From Trichoplax adhaerens (lineage: Eukaryota; Animalia; Placozoa), in NCBI RefSeq assembly GCF_000150275.1, contig NW_002060974.1, forward strand, positions 431,143-443,089: a DNA stretch of 11,947 nt, in the 5' to 3' direction. This document shows, one piece after another, positions 1 through 7,825 of this stretch. How positions within the stretch are numbered: position 1 is the first letter of the stretch; each line of letters starts with the position of its first letter. The position numbers and the translations under genes are program-made. The notes under the pieces were generated by a model. That model was not told where the DNA came from. It saw only the letters and a program-made list of their open reading frames with translations, and ran no database searches.

Positions 1-99
1 GTTGAGTATCTATAGGCATTGAATTTTAGGTCTCAACATGGCCTACTAGTAAAAAATCTTGATTTTTATTATTTAATTAGCTCATACTGCTGAACTCAC

Positions 100-510
100 A
101 CACTAGCTACTGTCACAATTGGTTATCATGACTTATACAGTAGTTCCATGCCTTCAACTCTTAATCAAGACTATTTGATTAATTTTTGCTAACTTTAGTC
201 TTCAGGAAATGACATGAAGCCAGTAAAGCAAATTTAAAATCAGATGGTAAGGTCAATTATTATTAATGGATGTGAAAATCGTGCCTTGCTAGCTACCTCT
301 AACTTACAGTATAAGTTTGATATCTTGTTAATGTTAGTAGTTCCGTGGATTCAATTCCTGATCAAAACTGCTAGCAAATCTTGGCTAACATAGTTGTCAA
401 GAAAATTTAGTGAAGTTGGTATACCAAACTTGAAGGAAGATGGAAAGATTAACTAGTTTGAATGGATATGAAAATCCTGCCTTGAATACGATCTTTAGCT
501 TATGGCATTG
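100..510. repeat. Degenerate tandem repeat with a ~196-197 bp period, possibly a decayed coding sequence
   Basis: AGTAGTTCC at 139 and 336, and AATGGAT.TGAAAATC.TGCCTTG at 265 and 461. The intervening sequence aligns with many third-position differences. The outer boundaries are approximate. Confidence 0.75.
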
Positions 511-950
511 CCTTAGCGATGTTGTAAGAGTATTGGTCTACATTTTTTTCTTTTGACAACAATTATTCCTACACAAAGATTAAATCTTTAAAAAGAAATA
601 ATCACTCTCATAGCACATTTATTCTTAGCCTTTGAATGACTTTTCTATACCCTTTGAAACTTTCAATTTGAATTATTTTTTCTTATAACTAATCACTACT
701 TCCAGTGAAGATTAGTTTCCAAAGTATGACGTTGTTTTAGTTACTTGCCAACCGGATAGAAAAGGTTATTTTTATCATTTTACACCATCCAGTATTTATA
801 TTTTCTAGCTTGACTACTCGAGCATTTGATAAAGAGTTTACTACATTTTTAATCTCAATACAGTACAGTATTGAGTTATAAGAGCTCAATTAAGCAATTA
901 TAGGCTCAGAAATTAAGTCTCTTGATTTATGATAATTGCTTATGATTTTA

Positions 951-970
951 TTTATTTAAGTAATTTTATT
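951..970 (-). promoter_or_regulatory. Candidate polyadenylation signals (AATAAA x2) for the Roco gene
   Basis: TTTATT on the + strand at 951-956 and 965-970, 130-150 nt past the stop codon. Weak evidence in AT-rich DNA. Confidence 0.3.
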
Positions 971-1100
971 ATGCTGCTATTGATGATAATACAGTATGAC
1001 AGAATACGAGAAGTATTTTTTTCAGTAGAAAAAGTAAGTCATGGATATTGCAACCAAACTTAGCTAACTAATGCTATTGGTAATATGTTAGGCAATAATG

Positions 1101-1393
1101 TTATGGCAATATGTTAAGTGTACATGTAGAAACAACTTTACACATACGATGATCTTCAGCTACAAAACGCAGCCCGCTTTTAAAGAGTGCTTCAACTAAT
1201 GCTCTCTTTGTGTAACTCCGACCTTTACTACTCGCATACGTACTCAACATTTCCGCACATTGATCGTCAACTGATCCATTCTTGTTAGCTATAATTTTGT
1301 TGATGTCGCGTTGATCCATTCCAAATTCTCTTGCCAAAGTTTTCCACTTCGTTCCAATATCTTTTGCGATTTTGCTGTTATACTTCTTGGCTG
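1101..1393 (-). CDS. Death domain exon, probable last coding exon of the Roco gene
   Basis: Acceptor ttgtag|CA at 1393 (phase 1) extends the 78-aa ORF to AKKYNSKIAKDIGTKWKTLAREFGMDQRDINKIIANKNGSVDDQCAEMLSTYASSKGRSYTKRALVEALFKSGLRFVAE. This fits the death-domain pattern IAxxIGxxWxxLARxLG...DI..I...Q..EML..W/Y....G...T...L..AL...G...VAE. Stop TAA at 1101-1103. Confidence 0.85.
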
Positions 1394-1682
1394 CTACAAT
1401 AATTTTATTTTATTTGCAAAAATAGGATCAGCGGCTACTTACGGTACATCATATGAAACAGTTAATAGAAAATTGAATGTAGCAAGAATGAACGATTCTC
1501 TCTACACTAAATCAAGGATATTCCTCTTTCTAAGTTGCAATTGTTGAAAGTGCTTGCTATACAAACCAATTAAATGACTCCATCTTACAAATCAGGCAAG
1601 TCGCTGCTATTGTAGTATGCGATAGATTTTACTGTATTGTCACTTAAAATAGTAAAAAAATGTTAGCCACAGTACAACTTAC

Positions 1683-1757
1683 AAGAATTGGGTTCGTCCA
1701 TTTCTATCTCAACAGTTTCATTAGAATCGACAGAGACTTTAAATCGAATTCCGGTTT
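1683..1757 (-). CDS. Linker exon preceding the death domain: (E)TGIRFKVSVDSNETVEIEMDEPNS
   Basis: Acceptor actctag|AA and donor T|gtaagt. 75 nt, phase 1-1, open frame. Joins the death-domain exon in frame (T+CA=Ser). Confidence 0.7.
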
Positions 1758-2312
1758 CTAGAGTTGAATCGACATTACAAAGATACAGTATCATCAGCCA
1801 TTAAAGAAACCAAAGTATAATCTCATTCGCTACTATGCATGCAAGCGCTCAACATTTTTATAAAGTATTATAACATCGTTAAACGTTAAAAGTATGTAGT
1901 CTTTTGGCTTAAATAATTCTAATATAGTGTGATTTACTTAACTCAATGTTGTTACACTAACTGCAAGCTATTCTCTTTAAAAATACAGAGTGTGAGAACT
2001 TATTGAAAAATATACTTTAATTCAAAGAAGATTGTTACAAAACACATTTTACTGAGCAGAATTTGGCTTTTTACGCTTTGATAAACATATCAATACGATT
2101 TCGTAATGATCTCATACTACGAGTTAGGATTTTTAATTGTCGCTTTAGGGTTGATTCAATTTTATTACTATGAACTCTTCTAAAAGCTTACTGGACAAAC
2201 AATCTTGAACTAATTTAAATCGGAAAATGAACTCATATTAAAAATCGAAATAAAACCGCGCCAATGATGAATAAAGCGCTTTTAGTGATTTTTCCAAGTT
2301 CTTCGTGTGTTA

Positions 2313-2966
2313 CATCTGTGATGGAGATTAATTTTTAGAATTCTCCTTCAAGTGTTTGTAATGTCATTATTCTAGCTTAGTTTTAGTATCGTTTTAAGTA
2401 TTCTAGCTTCAAAAATATGACTAATCTGGCTGATTATAACAGTAGATTTTACTTACTATAGTATCTTAGTATATTATATTAATTTAGTAATTTAGGGAAT
2501 CAAGGGTATAATTTATCTTTACTGCGTGTATTTGATTACTAGTTTAATTTAGAGTATTTTAGAATGATAGTTAGGTAGTCTAATACCGCTAACTACTCTG
2601 CGTAGCATATAAAAGGTGGCATAGTTCGATAGTCTAGTGCAGCTGAAGATAGAAAAGACGAGAAAAGTCTAGGATAATCGCTAGTGTTGTCATTGATAGT
2701 TTGGTTGGTTTAGGCGGTAGTTCTGCTCATATTTTGTTACTCATTTCAGAAATTTTGCTAAGATTGTTGTTAAAGTTATAATAAACTAGTGTTTCCCCTA
2801 ATTTATTTTGTTTGGAATTCCATTGATGGTAGCTTAATTTAACTTAGCTTTTTTCGTTCAATATTATCATCCATGAAATAAAATTTACAGTGGCACTACA
2901 TTAACGTTAGGCGGATTACGTAAAAGTATTCTTTACACGTTATCCGTAACTTATGTCAACTTTGTG
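2313..2966. repeat. Long intronic direct repeat, copy A (shorter), flanked by the 7-bp direct repeat TGTGTTA
   Basis: CATCTGTGATGGAGATTA... to ...TTATGTCAACTTTGTG matches 4275-5355 closely but lacks two internal blocks. TGTGTTA occurs at 2306-2312 and 2963-2969. Confidence 0.92.
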
Positions 2967-3503
2967 TTAAAGTTAAATTCTTACATGAAATCGAAATTAG
3001 TAATATATTAACAGATGAAAGCGTGGCTGCATGTATTAGTCGTAGTGATAATTAGAGAATGGCATATATTCGATACTTAATAGATCATGCACTAAAGTAC
3101 CATACATAAACGATTGCATCGAGTAAAATTGAGAGTTCTTCTTACCAACAGTTTGTTTTTAGCTGCAGTTACAGCTTAGATTTTGTTGTAATAAAGCTTA
3201 ATTCGATTTTAGATATCAAATTAGTCTGATCTAAGTATGCAACACTTCTGCATATTGACAGTAACTTTCAACTAACGTCTTGTAAATACGAGTATAATCT
3301 ACGAGCCATTATTTACTTATATTGCACATTATATAATGCTAGTTAAAATCATTTATCTAAATAAAACTTTAAAAATTGATATTAAATTATTGAATTATAG
3401 AATAATTTTAGTATAAGAATGATACAGCTAAATATATTATAGTATCTGCAGATAATGAATGAAGTTAAGTTACCAATAATTTAAATTAAAGCAAAGGTAA
3501 TAC

Positions 3504-3554
3504 CTTCATCTCCTTTTGATATAACCCTTCGCTTTTTGGATCGTGCTCGAGTAT
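3504..3554 (-). CDS. 51-nt linker exon, copy 3: (D)TRARSKKRRVISKGDE
   Basis: Acceptor tttatcttag|AT and donor GAAG|gtatta. Phase 1-1. Differs from copy 2 at two positions (ACT/ACA synonymous, GAA/AAA E/K). Confidence 0.7.
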
Positions 3555-3910
3555 CTAAGATAAACGTAGCGTAATAAAATTACTGATTTCCATCACAATT
3601 CTGTATCTGATGTCGGACTAAAATAATACTGCTCAAATACCATGATACGCATAGATAATAGATACTACAGTATATGAAGTTAAATTACTTTCAACTAACG
3701 TCTTGTAAATACGAGTATAATCTACGAGCCATTATTTACTTATATTGCACATTATACGACACTAGTTAAAATCATTTATCTAAATAAAACTTTAAAAATT
3801 GATATTAAATTATTGAATTATAGAATAATTTTAGCTAAATATATTATAGTATCTGCAGATAATGAATGAAGTTAAGTTACCAATAATTTAAATTAAAGCA
3901 AAGGTAATAC

Positions 3911-3961
3911 CTTTATCTCCTTTTGATATAACCCTTCGCTTTTTGGATCGTGCTCGTGTAT
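3911..3961 (-). CDS. 51-nt linker exon, copy 2: (D)TRARSKKRRVISKGDK
   Basis: Acceptor tttatcttag|AT and donor AAAG|gtatta. Phase 1-1, open frame. Confidence 0.7.
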
Positions 3962-4059
3962 CTAAGATAAACGTAGCGTAATAAAATTACTGATTTCCAT
4001 CACAATTCTGTATCTGATATCGAACTAAAATGATATTGCTCAAATACTATGATACGCAT

Positions 4060-4221
4060 AGATAATATATGAAGTTAATTTACCAATAATTTAAATTTAA
4101 ATTAAAACAAACGTAATACCTTCATCTTCTGTGAGGGAAACCCTTCGCTTATTGAATGGTGCTTGCGCATCTGAAGATAGAGGGAGTGTAGCAAAATTAC
4201 TTGATTTCTATCATAATTCTG
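4060..4221. repeat. Older, more diverged third copy of the exon plus flanking intron
   Basis: ATGAAGTTAA.TTACCAATAATTTAAAT...GTAATACCTT.ATCT...CCCTTCGCTT...AAAATTACT.GATTTC.ATCA.AATTCTG aligns with about 3850-4010 at an offset near 209. Confidence 0.85.
4120..4170 (-). CDS. 51-nt linker exon, copy 1 in transcript order: (D)AQAPFNKRRVSLTEDE
   Basis: Acceptor ctccctctatcttcag|AT and donor GAAG|gtatta. 51 nt, phase 1-1, no stop. Splice sites and length are conserved in two paralogous copies. Confidence 0.75.
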
Positions 4222-4274
4222 AATGTATAATATAATATCAATCTAATACAACTAAATACTCAGTTACGGTCTAT

Positions 4275-5355
4275 CATCTGTGATGGAGATTAGTTTTTAG
4301 AATTCTCCTTCAAGTGTTTGTAATGTCATTATTCTAGCTTAGTTTTAGTATCGTTTTAAGTATTCTAGCTTTAAAAATATGACTTATCTGGCTGATTGCA
4401 ACAGTAGATTTTACTTACTATAGTATCATAGCATATTGTAAACCTGGCTGCTTTATTCGGGTTGAAATTTAAGATAATTATTAGCATGATTGTTTTTAAA
4501 ATTAGATGTCATAAGATTGTAATTCAAATGTTGTAATAGAATATATTTGTAGCTAATTTCGATCATTAATTGAGGTAGAAGTTAATATCACTTTATGATT
4601 TCATACTGTATGAACCCGAATTTTCGATCTGGGTTCCAATTTAAGATTATTGCTTTGTCTTAGTGTATACTGTCGCAATCTACAATTTTAAGCTAAACTA
4701 TGATTATATTAATTAGTAATTTAACTAGCTTGTTCAGTTCCTAATTTCGATCGTAATAGACAGGCCTGCAACGAGGACTTATACCAATAGAGTATATTAT
4801 AACATTAAAACTCTTCTAGTAGTTCTATCCTCGACAGTAATAGCAACTAGAGAAGTTTAATCGCTCACAAAAAGAAGATATTTGTGACACAAGGGTATAA
4901 TTTATCGTTATTGCGTGTGTTTGATTACTAGTATAATTTAGAGTACTTTAGAATGATAGTTAGGTAGTCTAATACCACTAACTACTCTGTGTAGTATATA
5001 AAAGGTGGCATAGTTCGATAGTCTAGTACAGTTGAAGATAGAAAAGACGAGAAAAGTCAAGGATAATCGCGAGTTATCTCATTGATAGTTTGGTTGGTTT
5101 AGGCGGTAGTTCTGCTCATATTTTGTTACTCATTTAAGAAATTTTGCTAAGATTGTTGTTGAAGTTATAATAAACTAGTGTTTCCCCTAATTTATTTTGT
5201 TTGGAATTCCATTATTAATAGCTTAATTTAACTTAGCTTTTTTCGTTCAATATTATCATCCATGAAATAAAATTTACAGTGGCACTACATTAACGTTAGG
5301 CGGATTACGTAAAAGTATTCTTTGCACGTTACCCGTAACTTATGTCAACTTTGTG
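4275..5355. repeat. Long intronic direct repeat, copy B (longer)
   Basis: Colinear with 2313-2966, with extra segments at about 4438-4705 and 4724-4889. Confidence 0.92.
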
Positions 5356-5388
5356 CAAAATTCTTAACTAAAGCGAAACGTTTACTCT

Positions 5389-5418
5389 ATTTTTGATAAT
5401 TTTTGATAATTTTGATAA
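5389..5418. repeat. Short tandem repeat, (TTTTGATAAT)-like x3
   Basis: Directly visible: ttttgataat ttttgataat tttgataa. Confidence 0.7.
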
Positions 5419-6873
5419 GGTTCAGCAGTAAATAGTTCTTGTCGATTCTACAGACCAGATGCAATCTCGTTTCTACTGCAATAAAGTTACTAACTTCATT
5501 GAACTCTATATGATATTAATTTGTAATAGCATCACTGTGTGATAAAGCGTCTAACTTTAAGCAAAGACTTCCGTATCTTGAGAATAAATTACGTCTTCCA
5601 CCAAGGACCAGATTAGCTACGACTACCTCAACTTCGAAGATGAAATCTTCTGCTTATATGTACATTTGGTTGCAAAGTATCATCAGGATACAAAGATCAA
5701 CATCTATCTTAATTAGCCTAGGATTTCGTTACTTGCATATCTCAAGGTGTTAAAGTTACCTAATACAGCATCTCTAAGAACTACTGAAATCTATACTTTT
5801 TATAGTCTTAGTTTTGTAATCGCGTAGAGTTTAGAATGTAAATGTTTACTAATACTATTATAACCGCAATAAAGCGGGAAAAATATTGGTATGTGTGAGC
5901 TTTAATTATTCAACTCGTATTTTTCAAAAGTCGAAAAGATCATCAACAAGGTAACTCTAGTTAAAATAAAGGTCTTTACCCCAAGTATATATTTAAAAAA
6001 AGCTTACTAACTCCTATTTCATAGCGTTTTTAAGATCAAAATTATGATTTATCTCAAAGTTATCCGGAAATGAAATGCAAATGACACCTGAAGAACTGTT
6101 CTGAATTAAGCAATTTAGGAAAAACTCCATATGGTACGGCATATACCACAGAGATAGCTTATACGTAAATGCAAACTGAATAACATTAGACTACTAAAGA
6201 GAACAACCAATCATAGTAACATCAGCGTTATCAGTAATCATGATATTTGTTACAGTATTATTACTCTGTTAAGTCGTAGGTGTTAAATTTATTTATGAAA
6301 ACGTGGTACCGCTTGTTAACTAATAATATTCTTCCTTATATAATTCCAATGTACGTGATATACTTAAACTCAGCTTCGTTGCCACAAGCTTCTCGAAAAT
6401 ACAAAGTGCAAACAATCCATGAAAAGATAATTAAAGTGAAGATTGCTGCAGGAACTGTACTATTGAACTGGCTGCGCAGGCTAAATACTGCTTATTGCCA
6501 TCAAATTGCGATAGTTGCGGTATTATCGAGAATTTAAAGGATGTGATACCCTCAAAAACTATTCTAGAGGATAATATTTTTAAGTTTAGCGTACAGAATT
6601 TATCTTTAACTTAATATATTGTCATGCTATATTATTTCAAATATACAACGGAGTGTAATGTGGCCCAAAATAGATCGTGCCTGAAGCTTATACGGTGTAA
6701 AATAGAGGTTTGCAGTTTGCAGATTCTTACAATCTTACAAGCATGATCCATTTTAGTGGTCATATCATATAAAGAAAGCTGTTACAAATATTAAGATGAT
6801 AACGCCTTATTTTAAAACGGTACGTCATCACTAATGTAAAGTAAATCATAATATTATCTATCAATAAACATGC

Positions 6874-6942
6874 CTTGGATTTCTCGGTCAGCGCTATTAG
6901 ATAGTTCATCATCTTTCTTTAGATTTTGCAATGGCTCGGCAG
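6874..6942 (-). CDS. Linker exon of the Roco gene (69 nt) with a probable GC donor
   Basis: Pyrimidine-rich acceptor ttttttattttcacgtcattcttaaag|CT, open frame (A)AEPLQNLKKDDELSNSADREIQ, and donor AAG|gcatgt. Phase 1-1. Confidence 0.6.
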
Positions 6943-7825
6943 CTTTAAGAATGACGTGAAAATAAAAAAGTTTAATCGACAGAACCTATGACTGACAATT
7001 CAATGTTTCTCCTTTTAATTTTAATGCCAAATTTTAACTGTAAATATCACTATTGTTCTTATCTCTCTTAATACTTTAAATCCAAAATGATAAAACTAAA
7101 GAAAAATTTCAGTTAGCTTTGTAAGAGTTTTAACAAAATTCTTATTGCGGAATACAGTAGATGTACCGTAATAAATGCAACTTTTGAAAATACTCGTATA
7201 CAGTTTTAAGCACAAGTTAGCAAATTTATAAATATCAAAGGTATAAAAATATCGACATCTATAAAGTTTACTGTTAACTCCCATATCTAGAAAGTATGTT
7301 CACTAAGATAATCTAGCAGTGAATTTTCTTTTAATATATTGCCTTGTATGTTTTAGACTATGTACTATCCAACGTACTACGTAAATGCTATGTATCTTAA
7401 TTATGGTTGGTGTCATTTAGAACTGTTTGATCTCATTCCTAAGTTTTAATAATTATGTGCAATTAACACAGTATAGTCACAGTCCGATTTTGGATGTAAA
7501 AAACGGCACACTGCTTGTTCTATTTTCCTATTTGTATTTACGTTTGTGAAAGATTTCCAAGCTGTTTTCTGTACCGCATAATGCATGTGTAAATTAAGAA
7601 CATTTAAGATCTAGTAGTCAGAGACTACTTGACTTATCAAAAAAATTTCATATTTATATTCTTCATTACAAAGTACAGGAGTTTTCACCATAGAAGCAGT
7701 TAGAAAAGCTTATTCGTGTAATAAATGAAGCCTAACTGTAAATAAATTCAGCTACCTGTACATTTCGGTATTACGGGCTTTTATAAAAATAATATTTTTT
7801 ATTACTTTATAGGAATATTCCTCAC

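Larger units (their letters stand above)
3264..4083. repeat. Recent near-identical tandem duplication, each unit carrying one 51-nt exon (units start at 3264 and 3687)
   Basis: ACTTTCAACTAACGTCTTGTAAATACGAG... occurs at 3264 and 3687 (period 423). The second unit lacks a 16-nt and a 12-nt block and otherwise differs by scattered substitutions. Confidence 0.95.

Noticed and set aside
1311-1547. 78-aa + strand ORF
   Set aside because: Antisense to the death-domain exon and its intron, non-ATG start, no motif.
3141-3180. Strong-looking donor TTG|gtaag at 3146 suggesting a micro-exon (AKNKLL)
   Set aside because: It would be phase 1-0 and break the frame to the next exon. No compensating exon was found.
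4438-4889. Idea that copy A is a spliced retrocopy of copy B
   Set aside because: The missing segments do not have exact GT...AG boundaries on either strand, and one junction contains filler bases.
2313-5355. LTR retrotransposon or TRIM interpretation of the paired direct repeats
   Set aside because: No TG...CA termini, primer-binding site, gag/pol remnant or target duplication around the pair was seen. The internal region consists of host exons.
5593-5649. Possible 57-nt phase 1-1 exon (EDFIFEVEVVVANLVLGGR), overlapping a ~43-codon open + frame
   Set aside because: Weak acceptor and donor (C|gtaatt), and the strand is ambiguous. It cannot be supported without transcripts.
6280-6537. 85-aa + strand ORF
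   Set aside because: GTG start, no recognisable motif, lies antisense within an intron.
7096-7284. 62-aa minus-strand ORF
   Set aside because: Composition (K/F/Y/I/L) is typical of random AT-rich intron sequence, with no convincing splice sites.
7752-7825. C-terminal tail of the 719-aa ORF (GEEYSYKVIKNIIFIKARNTEMYR) and its GTG start at 9911
   Set aside because: The GTG lies inside the P-loop, and the tail follows a G|gtgag donor into AT-rich sequence. Both are ORF-caller artefacts of an internal exon.
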